DNA from: Syntrophomonas sp. | GTDB lineage: Bacteria > Bacillota > Syntrophomonadia > Syntrophomonadales > Syntrophomonadaceae | Direction: 5' to 3' | DNA: 54,254 nt | Assembly (NCBI GenBank): GCA_028709585.1 | Contig: JAQVWS010000002.1 | Coordinates: forward strand, 1 to 54,254 | Shown here: piece after piece, positions 8,427 to 18,354 of the stretch | Position numbering within the stretch: the first letter of the stretch is position 1 | How the letters are laid out: each line of letters opens with the position of its first letter | Program-made: the position numbers and the translations under genes | Notes under the pieces: model-generated | Told to the model about the DNA's origin: nothing | Database searches by the model: none | Seen by the model: only the letters and a program-made list of their open reading frames with translations

Positions 8427-9185
8427 ATGGATAAAAATGTTGGTTCGCGATATGTCACAAGAGAATATCGTACTTTACACGAAGGGAAAGACCTGCATTA
8501 TTTTCATCTGCAATTAAAGCAAACCGATCTGGCTATAGGTGTAGACAAAGAAAGCTACACCGATAGCCTGCTTTCATTATGTGAGCAAGAAATCAGGAGG
8601 TTAAGGGCAGATTTAGAATCATATATTGAAATTTCTCCTGAGTTTTATACCTCGTTTGAGCCTGTCGATTTGCTTCCCGAAGCGCCTCCCCTGGCTGTGG
8701 CTATGGCACGGGCTGCGGCTCTGGCTGGAGTGGGGCCAATGGCGGCTGTAGCAGGCGCTTTTGCCCAAGGGGTAGGAGAGATTCTCAAAAATTATGTTCA
8801 TGATATAATAGTAGAAAACGGTGGGGATATATATATTAATACCTCCAGGGAGCGGATGGTGGCAGTTTTTGCCGGCAGTTCCAAATTCAGCAATAGAATT
8901 GCCATTAAGATAAAAAGCCAGGAAAGCCCTTTAGGAATTTGCACCTCATCGGGCACAGTTGGGCCAAGCATAAGTTTGGGCCAAGCTGACGCAGTAGTTA
9001 TAAAAGGCATAAATGCAGTTTTGGCTGACGCTGCTGCCACAGGTGCGGCTAACCGTGTACACACAGCAGAAGACCTGCTCAAAGCTGTAGATTATGTAAA
9101 AACTATTAAAGGAGTCATGGGCATACTAGCCATAAAGAACGACCGGATGGCTGTCTGGGGGGATATGGAAATATTGGCGCTGTGA
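8427..9185 (+). CDS. UPF0280/ApbE-like protein (COG2122)
   Basis: A GVGPMAAVAGAFAQ motif and a length of about 250 aa are typical of the COG2122 family. It clusters with the COG1900 and NIL-ferredoxin genes. Confidence 0.6.
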   Translation: MDKNVGSRYVTREYRTLHEGKDLHYFHLQLKQTDLAIGVDKESYTDSLLSLCEQEIRRLRADLESYIEISPEFYTSFEPVDLLPEAPPLAVAMARAAALAGVGPMAAVAGAFAQGVGEILKNYVHDIIVENGGDIYINTSRERMVAVFAGSSKFSNRIAIKIKSQESPLGICTSSGTVGPSISLGQADAVVIKGINAVLADAAATGAANRVHTAEDLLKAVDYVKTIKGVMGILAIKNDRMAVWGDMEILAL

Positions 9186-9209
9186 AAATAAAGAGAGGAA
9201 GGTTATTTA

Positions 9210-9422
9210 ATGGAAAATGAGAATCGGGCAATAAATATCAACATTACCATTAACCAGGAGGAATATGATGAGCTAATGACCGCTATTGAATATGCAATGG
9301 CTAATATCAGCGATTCATACGATTTACTGAAACCGTTCCGGGACCGCTGTTATGAGCAGTATGGCAGACCGAGCTGGTATAAAGGGGATGAAATGGGTTA
9401 TCTTAATGAATTCTGCGGGTAG
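9210..9422 (+). CDS. Small hypothetical protein (70 aa)
   Basis: ORF with a GAGGAAGG RBS. No recognisable domain. Confidence 0.4.
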   Translation: MENENRAININITINQEEYDELMTAIEYAMANISDSYDLLKPFRDRCYEQYGRPSWYKGDEMGYLNEFCG

Positions 9423-9438
9423 CACTGGGGGTAAATAA

Positions 9439-10110
9439 ATGAACTCAAGGAAAAAGGGAGTATTGACCAGGATAATGATAGCCTTGGGGATATTCATATA
9501 CGTGGGCTATCAGTCCAGGTCTTTGCTTCCCAGTTTCGACCTTATTGTGATGTTAGCTTTCTTCACCCTATATTTACTTTGGTCGACAGTGATTGAGGCT
9601 GGGGTTTATCGGGACCCTGATGAATATGTGATTCGGGATGACGACAAGAAATCATATATCTACCTGCAAATAAGCTTTATGGCAGCATTATTTTTTGCTA
9701 CAATTGACTTCGTGGGACTTCATTATACACGCATTGATGATTTGGAGCCATATATAATAACTTTGGGGTTCATCTTCTTCATCATTTCATGTTTGATTCG
9801 GTGGTGGGGTTTCAAATCCATCGGGAAATTCTTTAATCGAAGGGTAGCTATATATGAGAACCACCAACTGGTCATTACAGGAGCCTACCAAAGGATTCGG
9901 CATCCCTTGTATTTAGGTTCACTGTTTAGTTTTTTGGCTATACCCATGGTTTTCAATTCCTGGGGAGCAATGTTGTTGATGATCTTCACAGCTATCCCAG
10001 CACTGGTTTATAGAATATATGTGGAAGAGGAATTGCTGAACAGTTATTTTGGTGAAGATTATAAGAAGTATAGCCAAAAGACAAAAAAAATGATTCCCGG
10101 GATCTGGTAA
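9439..10110 (+). CDS. Isoprenylcysteine carboxyl methyltransferase (ICMT/PEMT)-family membrane protein
   Basis: Multi-TM protein with the C-terminal signature RIRHPLYLGSLFSFLA...EEELLNSYFGEDYKKY. Confidence 0.8.
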   Translation: MNSRKKGVLTRIMIALGIFIYVGYQSRSLLPSFDLIVMLAFFTLYLLWSTVIEAGVYRDPDEYVIRDDDKKSYIYLQISFMAALFFATIDFVGLHYTRIDDLEPYIITLGFIFFIISCLIRWWGFKSIGKFFNRRVAIYENHQLVITGAYQRIRHPLYLGSLFSFLAIPMVFNSWGAMLLMIFTAIPALVYRIYVEEELLNSYFGEDYKKYSQKTKKMIPGIW

Positions 10111-10133
10111 AGAAAATTCGAGGGGGAAAAATC

Positions 10134-10886
10134 ATGTCGGGACATTCCAAGTGGTCAACAATTAAACATAAAAAAGCCAAGACCGATGAGAAAAGAGGTA
10201 AAGAGTATACCAAACTAGCCAAAGAGATCATCCTGGCCGCTCGCTCCGGAGGAGGAGACCCGGAACTGAACTCCAAACTGAAACTGGCTATACAAAATGC
10301 TAAAGCCGTAAATATGCCAAATGATAATATTACGCGGGCAATAAAAAAAGGAAGCGGAGAGATTGAAAGCGATGCAATTGAAGAATTAGTATATGAGGGT
10401 TATGCTCCGGGAGGAGTAGCCGTCATGCTTGATATTGCAACTGATAATCGTAACCGCACCGCTTCTGACATCAGACATCTTTTTTCCAAGTATAATGGTA
10501 ACCTTGGGGAAACCGGCTGTGTGGCTTATATGTTTGAAAGATCAGGATTGATTGAGATTAAAAGAGAAAACATAAAGACGGATGTGGAAGAATTCATGCT
10601 TCAGGCTATTGAAGCAGGGGCTGATGACGTAAAAGAAGACGAAGATATCATTGCCATAATAACCGCTCCAGACAGTTTTATGGAGGTAAAGGAAGCTATT
10701 GAAAAGGAAGCGGAGTTGGAGGAAGCAGATATTGTGATGATGCCTCGCATCTCAGTTGATATAAATGACGAAGCGATGGCGGCCAGAGTGTTAAAGCTTA
10801 TTGATGCCCTGGAAGATCACGATGACGTGCAGAACGTATATGCCAATTTCTCTATCCCGGACGAAATACTTGAGAAGCTCATGTAA
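10134..10886 (+). CDS. yebC: YebC/PmpR-family DNA-binding regulator
   Basis: MSGHSKWSTIKHKKAKTDEKRGK... is the invariant N-terminus of the family. Length is 250 aa. Confidence 0.95.
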   Translation: MSGHSKWSTIKHKKAKTDEKRGKEYTKLAKEIILAARSGGGDPELNSKLKLAIQNAKAVNMPNDNITRAIKKGSGEIESDAIEELVYEGYAPGGVAVMLDIATDNRNRTASDIRHLFSKYNGNLGETGCVAYMFERSGLIEIKRENIKTDVEEFMLQAIEAGADDVKEDEDIIAIITAPDSFMEVKEAIEKEAELEEADIVMMPRISVDINDEAMAARVLKLIDALEDHDDVQNVYANFSIPDEILEKLM

Positions 10887-10897
10887 CTATATTCCAG

Positions 10898-11515
10898 TTA
10901 CTTACGGCAGACATTTTCCAATATTATTTTGGTGTGCATTTTATGAATTTCTTCATTGGACATATCGACACCAAATACCTCAAAAATTCTTTCTCCTAGT
11001 AAAAACCGAAAGGACAAACTGCTTATTAAATGCAATGTCTTTAAAGATATAAAATGATCATCTTGGTCCGGCCTTATTTGCCGGACCGTTTCTTTTACCA
11101 AACTAATCCCTTCAGTTTGCAGAAAAGCCAGATAGTCTTCACGCTGATCGAGTTGCCGGCTATCAAGTTGCTTATTATTTATTGCATGGATAACCAAATG
11201 TCTTATAATATCAGGATATTCAAACATAATTTCTGTATAGTTATTTACAAATATCGATAATTTAGTTTTCGGGTCCTCATTACTGGTACTAAGATATTCG
11301 AAATTTTTTTTCAGTTGGTCGGTTACGTGTCTTAATGCTTCATTTATAACGGCGTCTTTTGAACCAAAATGATAGTTCACTGCAGCAATATTAACGCCAG
11401 CCTTAGCGGCGATCTTTCGCACGGTAATATTTTGAAATCCTTCTTCTGCGATAATAGCCATGGCAACGTGAAGGATCTTTTCTTTGGTAGACAGATTATT
11501 CAATGCGGCTTTCAT
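10898..11515 (-). CDS. TetR/AcrR-family transcriptional regulator
   Basis: N-terminal HTH region KEKILHVAMAIIAEEGFQNITVRKIAAKAGVNIAAVNYHFGSKD. It is divergent from the activase-like gene. Confidence 0.9.
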   Translation of the reverse strand: MKAALNNLSTKEKILHVAMAIIAEEGFQNITVRKIAAKAGVNIAAVNYHFGSKDAVINEALRHVTDQLKKNFEYLSTSNEDPKTKLSIFVNNYTEIMFEYPDIIRHLVIHAINNKQLDSRQLDQREDYLAFLQTEGISLVKETVRQIRPDQDDHFISLKTLHLISSLSFRFLLGERIFEVFGVDMSNEEIHKMHTKIILENVCRK

Positions 11516-11581
11516 ATTGCAGCTCCTCTTATTAAGATGCTTAGGAAGGCTTGTACCCTTAAATACCCGAAAATTCTACCG

Positions 11582-11610
11582 TTGACAATCATCTGTTTCT
11601 AGTCTAACAT
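11582..11610 (+). promoter_or_regulatory. Sigma-A-type promoter of the activase-like gene
   Basis: TTGACA (11582-11587), exactly 17 nt, TAACAT (11605-11610). Confidence 0.55.
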
Positions 11611-11621
11611 AAAGCTACGAT

Positions 11622-11644
11622 CAATTCAAACGTTGTTTGAATTG
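11622..11644. promoter_or_regulatory. Perfect 10-bp inverted repeat, candidate TetR operator
   Basis: CAATTCAAAC gtt GTTTGAATTG lies just downstream of the -10 element and 25 nt upstream of the ATG at 11669. Confidence 0.5.
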
Positions 11645-11668
11645 AAGGTTGCAGTCGGAGGGGTAAGA

Positions 11669-14600
11669 ATGGCAGAAATACTGCGGATGGGCATAGATGT
11701 GGGATCAACCACGGTAAAGCTAGTGGTTTTGGATAATAAGGACAACATTGTCTATAGAGATTATCAGCGTCATTTTTCGGAAACTAAGCGATATACAACC
11801 GAATTACTCATTAGTGCTATGAAAAAAATAGGCAATCAGCCTTTAACGGTGATGGTAACCGGTTCGGCAGGGCTGGCTGTCTCGGCGGAATTAGATATAC
11901 CCCATATCCAGGAAGTTATTGCCTGTAACCTTACTATTGAGCGTTTTTTGCCCGCAACTGATGTTGCCGTCGAGCTGGGCGGAGAGGACGCCAAGATAAC
12001 TTTCTTTCGGGGCGGCTTGGATCAGCGCATGAATGGTATATGTGCCGGGGGAACGGGCGCTTTTATTGATCAAATGGCTACTCTATTGGGGACGGATGCC
12101 ATGGGTTTAAACAAACTGGCCGAAAAACACTCCCGCATATATCCTGTGGCAGCCCGATGCGGTGTTTTCGCTAAAACTGATATCCAGGTCCTGTTAAATG
12201 AAGGTGCCCGCAAAGAGGATATTGCTGTTTCGGTATTTCAAGCGGTTGTCAATCAGACTATCGGCGGGTTGGCAGGTGGAAAGCCAATTACAGGCAATGT
12301 GGCCTTTCTGGGCGGACCTTTGCATTTTTTATCAGAGCTGCGGCAAAGATTTAAAGAAACCTTAAAATTAAATGACGCTCAGGTTCTCTATCCACAAGAG
12401 GGACAGTTCTTTGTAGCGATGGGAGCCGCTTTGGCTTCTGACTCTGCCGAAATCATTCGCTTACCGGAACTTATAAAGCGAATCGAACAGTTAGACGATT
12501 CCGGTCAGGAAATATCTCGTTTGCAGCCGCTTTTTAAGAATGCCAGCGAAGTGGGTGATTTTAGGAAAAGACATGACTTCCATAAAATACGGAGGAGAGA
12601 ACTGAATTCTTTTGCAGGAGACTGTTTCTTAGGCATTGACGCTGGATCAACCACAACCAAGGCGGTGCTGATAGATGATCAGGGATCCCTGCTTTATTCT
12701 TATTATGGCAATAATACTGGCAGCCCGTTAAATTCGGGGCTAAATATCTTGAAAGATCTGTATGGCAGTTTACCTGAATCAGCCCATATTGCCAATGCTG
12801 CAGTAACAGGTTATGGTGAAGGGCTGTTAAAAGCTGCCCTGCGGGTAGATATTGGAGAAGTTGAAACAGTTGCCCACTATACTGCGGCGCGGTTCTTTAA
12901 CCCCGGGGTAGATTTAATTCTGGATATTGGCGGACAGGATATGAAGTGCATGCTGATTAAGGACGGTGTAATTGAGAACATTATGCTTAATGAGGCCTGC
13001 TCTTCAGGATGTGGCTCTTTTATTGAAGGGTTTGCCCAATCATTAAATATATCCGTACAGGATTTTGCTGAATTGGCATTGAGTGCGTCGGCTCCGGTAG
13101 ATTTAGGTTCCCGCTGTACGGTTTTTATGAATTCCATGGTAAAACAAGCTCAGAAGGAGGGGGCTACGGTTGGAGATATATCTGCCGGGCTTTCTTATTC
13201 AGTAATCAAAAACGCCTTATTTAAAGTGATAAAGATGAGAAATCCTCAGGAGTTAGGTGAAAGAATAGTTGTTCAGGGCGGGACTTTTAAAAATGATGCC
13301 GTGCTTCGTAGTTTGGAGATTATCGCCGGCAAAGAAGTGGTGCGCCCCGATATATCTCCTCTGATGGGGGCTTTTGGAGCCGCCCTGATTGCTCGTGACC
13401 GCTACCAGGGACAGCCAAGTAAGCTTTTATCCTTTGATCAGTTAGAACACTTTTCTATCCAGAGCCGGTTAAGTCACTGCGGAGGCTGTGCCAATAACTG
13501 TCTGCTTACTATTAATAAATTTGCGGATGGCGGTCGTTTCTTATCGGGCAACCGATGTGAAAAAACAACCGGGAAAGAACGTAAAGACCAATCGATTCCA
13601 AATCAATATGATTTTAAGTACCAACGGCTGCTCAGTTATACAGCTCTCTCGGATCAAGCTGCCCGGCGCGGGATTATTGGTATTCCAATGGTTTTAAATA
13701 TGTATGAGAATTATCCATTTTGGTTCACCTTTTTTACCGCCCTGGGATTCAGGGTTGTTTCATCTCCCCGTTCATCACGAGCAATATTTGAATTGGGTAC
13801 GGATACTATTTCTTCGGATACAGCCTGCTTCCCGGCTAAAATAGTCCATGGACATGTGACGGCGTTGATTCAGCAGGGAATCAAGAATATTTTTTATCCT
13901 TCGCTTATCCTTGAGCGTTTGGAGCAAAAAGATGCCAACCATCATTTTAATTGTCCGATGGTTATTTCCTATCCAGACGTAATAAAGAACAACCTGGATA
14001 TTATTAATGACAATGATATAAACTTTATGAATCCCTTTTTGCCTTATGATAATAAGAAGCGGCTCAGTGTTCGTCTATATCAAGAATTATCTGCCTGGGA
14101 AATCCCCAAAAAAGAAATTACCCGGGCGGTGAACCTGGCCTGGGAAGAAGATGGGCGCTTTAAACAAGAGATTCGCAGCCAGGGTGAGAAAGTCTTGGCT
14201 TATCTTAGAGAAACCGGGAAAAAAGGTATTGTTTTGGCAGGACGTCCATATCATCTGGACCCGGAAATAAATCATGGCATTCCTGAGATCATTACTTCTC
14301 TGGGGATGGCTGTTCTTACGGAAGATTCGGTTGCCCATCTGGGAAAGGTTGAGCGCCCAATTCGGGTTATTGACCAATGGATGTATCATTCACGGCTATA
14401 TGCAGCGGCAAGTTTTGTGACCACGCAGCCCCATCTGGAATTGGTTCAGCTAAATTCCTTTGGCTGCGGACTTGATGCCATAACCACGGATCAGGTACAG
14501 GAGATTCTGAAAGCTCATAACAAGATTTATACCGTTCTGAAGATTGATGAGGGTGCCAATCTGGGGGCGGCTAAAATAAGGCTGCGCTCGCTTATGGCTG

Positions 14601-15985
14601 TAATCAAGGATAGAAAAAATCCATGTAATACGGCAGACAATACATCCACTACCAAAAAGAGAATTATCTTCACTAAAGAGATGAAAAAAAGCCATACAAT
14701 ACTTTGTCCGCAGATGGCTCCTATCCAATTTGAATTTTTATCAGCGATATTTATAAATGAAGGTTATAATTTTGTGTTACTGCCAACAGCCGACAAAAAT
14801 GATATAGATGAAGGCATAAAATATGTCAACAACGATGCCTGTTATCCTGCTATTATTGTCATTGGACAGCTTCTGGCCGCATTACAGTCGGGCCAATATG
14901 ATCTTGACAATACCTCGGTCATGATCAGCCAGACCGGAGGAGGCTGTCGGGCTACCAATTATATTGGTCTATTGCGTAAAGCGCTGCAAGAAGCGGGTTT
15001 TGAAAATATACCAGTTATATCGGTCAATCTGTATGGGGCCGAACAAAATCCGGGCTTTAAAGTAAACCTCAAGCTGATTAAGAAGGCGATTACCGCTGTG
15101 ATATATGGTGATTTGCTTATGCGGGTATTGCATCGGGTGAGACCTTATGAGAAAATACCCGGCTCAGCTGACATGCTCTATGAAAGATGGGTTAAGCGCT
15201 GCAAAGCACAGCTTGCTACAGGCGATAAAAAGGAGTTCGCCGCTAATTTGAAAGGCATTGTGGATGAGTTTGATCATCTGGAAATATCCAATAGACGCAA
15301 ACCCAGGGTAGCTGTGGTCGGCGAAATTCTGGTCAAATATCATCCAGCAGCCAATAATAATATAGTCAGGATTTTGGAAGATGAAGGAGCAGAAGCAGTA
15401 TTGCCGGATCTTCTGGATTTCATACTCTACTGTGCTTATGATTATATTTATGATAATAAATATCTGTCAGGTAATAAGAGCAATTATTATTTAGGTAAAC
15501 TTTTCATCCATTACCTGGAGAAATCCCGCAGATACATGAAGAAGCTTTTGGATCAAAGCCAGCGCTTTTATGCGCCTGAATCTATCTATCATAAAGCCCA
15601 GCGAGCGAGCCAAATTATGTCACTGGGACATCATTGCGGGGAGGGATGGCTCTTAACCGGTGAGATGATCGATTTAATCCATAATGGGGTTCCCAATATC
15701 GTATGTGTGCAGCCTTTTGGCTGCCTCCCCAATCACGTTACCGGTAAAGGGATGATAAAGGAAATCAGAAGGAATTACCCCCAAGCGAATATAACCGCCA
15801 TAGACTATGATCCTGGTGCCAGTGAAGTAAATCAACTCAACCGCATTAAGCTCATGCTTTCGGTTGCCTTTAAGAACTTGCAGGCTCCTGGCGATCTTGC
15901 CATAGAAAATCAAGCCAACAAAAAATCGGCAGTTGTATTTGATGATGACTTATGTGATAGAGAACATAACGCTACTCCGCTGTAA
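11669..15985 (+). CDS. Giant acyl-CoA-dehydratase-activase-related protein (2x BadF/BcrA/HgdC-type ATPase fused to dehydratase-component-like/DUF2229 modules)
   Basis: Two ASKHA ATPase modules each open with GIDxGSTTxK ([28 protein letters not shown]). A Cys cluster ([11 protein letters not shown]...GNRCEK) follows, then about 800 aa of dehydratase-subunit-like sequence. The ATG at 11669 has a GGAGGGG RBS, so the ORF-track TTG at 11633 is probably too early. Confidence 0.8.
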   Translation: MAEILRMGIDVGSTTVKLVVLDNKDNIVYRDYQRHFSETKRYTTELLISAMKKIGNQPLTVMVTGSAGLAVSAELDIPHIQEVIACNLTIERFLPATDVAVELGGEDAKITFFRGGLDQRMNGICAGGTGAFIDQMATLLGTDAMGLNKLAEKHSRIYPVAARCGVFAKTDIQVLLNEGARKEDIAVSVFQAVVNQTIGGLAGGKPITGNVAFLGGPLHFLSELRQRFKETLKLNDAQVLYPQEGQFFVAMGAALASDSAEIIRLPELIKRIEQLDDSGQEISRLQPLFKNASEVGDFRKRHDFHKIRRRELNSFAGDCFLGIDAGSTTTKAVLIDDQGSLLYSYYGNNTGSPLNSGLNILKDLYGSLPESAHIANAAVTGYGEGLLKAALRVDIGEVETVAHYTAARFFNPGVDLILDIGGQDMKCMLIKDGVIENIMLNEACSSGCGSFIEGFAQSLNISVQDFAELALSASAPVDLGSRCTVFMNSMVKQAQKEGATVGDISAGLSYSVIKNALFKVIKMRNPQELGERIVVQGGTFKNDAVLRSLEIIAGKEVVRPDISPLMGAFGAALIARDRYQGQPSKLLSFDQLEHFSIQSRLSHCGGCANNCLLTINKFADGGRFLSGNRCEKTTGKERKDQSIPNQYDFKYQRLLSYTALSDQAARRGIIGIPMVLNMYENYPFWFTFFTALGFRVVSSPRSSRAIFELGTDTISSDTACFPAKIVHGHVTALIQQGIKNIFYPSLILERLEQKDANHHFNCPMVISYPDVIKNNLDIINDNDINFMNPFLPYDNKKRLSVRLYQELSAWEIPKKEITRAVNLAWEEDGRFKQEIRSQGEKVLAYLRETGKKGIVLAGRPYHLDPEINHGIPEIITSLGMAVLTEDSVAHLGKVERPIRVIDQWMYHSRLYAAASFVTTQPHLELVQLNSFGCGLDAITTDQVQEILKAHNKIYTVLKIDEGANLGAAKIRLRSLMAVIKDRKNPCNTADNTSTTKKRIIFTKEMKKSHTILCPQMAPIQFEFLSAIFINEGYNFVLLPTADKNDIDEGIKYVNNDACYPAIIVIGQLLAALQSGQYDLDNTSVMISQTGGGCRATNYIGLLRKALQEAGFENIPVISVNLYGAEQNPGFKVNLKLIKKAITAVIYGDLLMRVLHRVRPYEKIPGSADMLYERWVKRCKAQLATGDKKEFAANLKGIVDEFDHLEISNRRKPRVAVVGEILVKYHPAANNNIVRILEDEGAEAVLPDLLDFILYCAYDYIYDNKYLSGNKSNYYLGKLFIHYLEKSRRYMKKLLDQSQRFYAPESIYHKAQRASQIMSLGHHCGEGWLLTGEMIDLIHNGVPNIVCVQPFGCLPNHVTGKGMIKEIRRNYPQANITAIDYDPGASEVNQLNRIKLMLSVAFKNLQAPGDLAIENQANKKSAVVFDDDLCDREHNATPL

Positions 15986-16057
15986 ATCTTGAACGATTAT
16001 CTCTTTTTATAAACATTTCTTTCCTGGCATGTATAAATATTTGCTTAAAAGGAGAAA

Positions 16058-16645
16058 ATGGGGATAGAGGTGATGGTTGTGAGTAGAAAACTGATAGTAT
16101 TTTTACTCGGACTAGGATTAGTTGTGTGTCTGGGGCTGGGGTTCATTATTTCTGATGTACTGCGATCCGCTGAAGACAATCAGCAGCAAAAACCAATCAT
16201 TCAGGTGAAGAGTGCAGAGTTAAGAATGAATGCAGATACTCCAACAGTATTAGAAAAGGAATATCTTCGGTCCCATAAGGTGCTTATTTCTGATTTTGAG
16301 CATAAACAGGATATCGTAGGTAAAACCGTGGATGAGATTAGAGCACAGTACACTGAAGCTAACGGGTTTACAGTTGAGTTCAAGGATAACAGTCTGCTCA
16401 TTCATCAGATCGTTGACGATTGGACTCCCGAGGATAAGGGTAAATACCGGCTGAAGGAATTTCGAGGAATGGTTGCTATTTATAGGGGACCTGACAATCA
16501 AAATGACAGTCTGCAGAGGGTAACAGCGATTCGCTTTTCCGCCCTGCCGCAAGATATCCAGGAATTAATTTTGCAAGGTAAGTATGAATTTTCCAGTGAG
16601 GGAGCCGTTAACGATGCCCTGGAAAATCTAGATGAATATTTTTAA
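16058..16645 (+). CDS. BofC-C-terminal-domain-like secreted/membrane-anchored sporulation protein
   Basis: An N-terminal TM/signal anchor, and a C-terminal region (FRGMVAIYRGPDNQNDSLQRVTAIRFSALPQDIQELILQGKYEFSSEGAVNDALENLDEY) that resembles the BofC C-domain pattern. Its position next to the ruv genes matches Bacillus. Confidence 0.5.
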   Translation: MGIEVMVVSRKLIVFLLGLGLVVCLGLGFIISDVLRSAEDNQQQKPIIQVKSAELRMNADTPTVLEKEYLRSHKVLISDFEHKQDIVGKTVDEIRAQYTEANGFTVEFKDNSLLIHQIVDDWTPEDKGKYRLKEFRGMVAIYRGPDNQNDSLQRVTAIRFSALPQDIQELILQGKYEFSSEGAVNDALENLDEYF

Positions 16646-16651
16646 CCCGGT

Positions 16652-16677
16652 ACCCGGTTGAGTGCCGGGTTTATTTA
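16652..16677 (+). terminator. Terminator hairpin 1 after the bofC-like gene
   Basis: ACCCGG ttgagtg CCGGGT followed by TTATTTAT. Confidence 0.55.
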
Positions 16678-16682
16678 TATAA

Positions 16683-16718
16683 AGGGATAAGGTTATGGTT
16701 AATCTTATCCCCTTTTTT
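16683..16718 (+). terminator. Terminator hairpin 2
   Basis: AGGGATAAG gttatggttaat CTTATCCCCT followed by TTTTTT. Confidence 0.75.
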
Positions 16719-16837
16719 AATTTATGCATAGCCGCTTTTGAGGATTTGAAGTATTATTGTTATATAAAATAATTTACGCATTATTGTGATACCAGGCAGT
16801 AAAGGAAATGGTTTTGGGTACAAAATGCTGGCTGGGT

Positions 16838-17050
16838 GACAAATTTAGGAAATTCCGCCGACTTCAGCACAGCAAGCTCGAGCTGTCAGCTGCTTGCCAG
16901 ACGAGTTTCAGGGGGGTACCCGGCCAACCGTCCATCCATGGACGGTGACCAGCTCAGAACGTCCTGTTCCTCGCCCCCCTTCCACTCATCTGTCTTCACA
17001 GCACATCTCGGCCTACTGCGCAACGTCGTCGCCAAATATCAAAATTTGTC
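16838..17050. other. Unclassified GC-rich, helix-rich island closed by a 9-bp inverted repeat (candidate ncRNA or MITE-like insert)
   Basis: GACAAATTT (16838-16846) pairs with AAATTTGTC (17042-17050). Internal complementary blocks are CAGACGAG/CTCATCTG, GGGGGG/CCCCCC and CCGTCCAT/ATGGACGG. The island is visibly GC-rich against AT-rich flanks. No ORF with an RBS. Confidence 0.3.
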
Positions 17051-17240
17051 TATTAGACCCAACTTATTTACCTTAACTGTCTTGTGGGACAAATAACCTG
17101 TCCCTCTGTCCCATAGATTGGAGCATGCGGGATTACTGAATCCGTTCGCCCCAATATTACATTTAATAACTGACACCGTACTCCTTTGCTGCACAGTTTA
17201 GGTCTGATGCGCAAGATATTATTTTAAGGTGGGGTAACCT

Positions 17241-17744
17241 ATGCTGGTTTTAGGTATTGATCCGGGGACGGCGACAACCGGTTACGGATTAGTAAAATAT
17301 GAGGGAGGCAAAGAGACTTTGCTTCGTTATGGAGTAATAAAAACCTCCCCGAGCCAAGAAATGCCGCAGCGGCTTGTTAAAATTAATCGTGAATATACAG
17401 ACCTGCTGGAAGAATTTAATCCCGACGCAGTAGCGATAGAACAACTTTTTCATCATAAAAATGCTAAAACCGTCATTAGTGTAGCTCAAAGTCGGGGAGT
17501 ACTTCTAATGACGGCAGCCGTAAAAGGGATACAAATTGCAGAATATACCCCTTTGCAGGTAAAGCAGGCCGTTACTGGTTATGGAAATGCGGAGAAAAAG
17601 CAGATACAGATAATGGTGCAAAAAATCCTGGCATTGGACAAACTGCCGCAACCAGATGATGCTGCGGATGCCCTGGCGATAGCTATATGTTATTTACACT
17701 CTTGCCGCATGGCAAATCTGAATAAAGGGGGAAGGAATTCTTGA
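17241..17744 (+). CDS. ruvC: Crossover junction endodeoxyribonuclease RuvC
   Basis: MLVLGIDPGTATTGYGLV...AIEQLFHHKNAKTVISVAQSRGV...DDAADALAIAICY are the catalytic Asp/Glu motifs. Confidence 0.95.
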   Translation: MLVLGIDPGTATTGYGLVKYEGGKETLLRYGVIKTSPSQEMPQRLVKINREYTDLLEEFNPDAVAIEQLFHHKNAKTVISVAQSRGVLLMTAAVKGIQIAEYTPLQVKQAVTGYGNAEKKQIQIMVQKILALDKLPQPDDAADALAIAICYLHSCRMANLNKGGRNS

Positions 17745-18343
17745 TTTCTTTTTTACGCGGAATATTAGTGCAATGCAATCAGGATTCTATTATTGTAGAG
17801 ATATGCGGTATAGGTTATGAGGTGCAGATTCATAACCAGGCTTTATCTGAGTGCCCGAGCGTTGGCGAGCTCATATTAGTACATACTTATTTGCAGATAT
17901 CAGATAATGATTACAAACTATATGGGTTTTTCAACCAGGAGGAGTTGGAATTATTTAAAATACTGCTGGGTGTATCAGGTATTGGAGCCAGGGTTGCTCA
18001 GAGCATACTTGCAGCCATGCGGCCGGCCAATTTTTATCAGGCTATTCTAAGCGCGGATGAGAAACGGCTCTTAAACATCCCCGGGATAGGAAAGAAAACT
18101 GCTCAGAGATTGGTGTTTGAACTGAAAGATAAGATTGGAAAACAGACGGATTTGGCATTTGCTGCCAGTGATGACGGCTATGTCATGGAGGAGATCTTAG
18201 AAGCTCTGGAAGCTCTGGGTTATCAGCGCAGTGAGATATTCCCCCTGATTATGGACATGAAGGCCCATCATGAACTTGATGAGCGGGTTGAGGATAACAT
18301 TAAAAAGATACTTCGTCGCAAAGCAATGCAGATGAAAAAGTAG
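17741..18343 (+). CDS. ruvA: Holliday junction DNA helicase subunit RuvA
   Basis: MISFLRG...GIGYEV...[16 protein letters not shown]...[19 protein letters not shown] (HhH motifs). The TTG start overlaps the ruvC stop. Confidence 0.95.
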   Translation: MISFLRGILVQCNQDSIIVEICGIGYEVQIHNQALSECPSVGELILVHTYLQISDNDYKLYGFFNQEELELFKILLGVSGIGARVAQSILAAMRPANFYQAILSADEKRLLNIPGIGKKTAQRLVFELKDKIGKQTDLAFAASDDGYVMEEILEALEALGYQRSEIFPLIMDMKAHHELDERVEDNIKKILRRKAMQMKK

Positions 18344-18354
18344 GGGGGATTTTT

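Noticed and set aside
16956-16972. Possible LexA/DinR (Cheo) box GAAC-N-GTTC upstream of ruvC
   Set aside because: The sequence is GAAC gtcct GTTC with a 5-nt spacer, whereas the Firmicute consensus GAAC-N4-GTTC has 4. It also lies about 270 nt upstream of ruvC.
16836-17096. ORFs of 86 and 60 aa in the GC-rich island upstream of ruvC
   Set aside because: No Shine-Dalgarno sequence, and the Ser/Pro/Arg-rich translation is typical of non-coding GC-rich sequence. The region is better explained by nested complementary segments (see finding).
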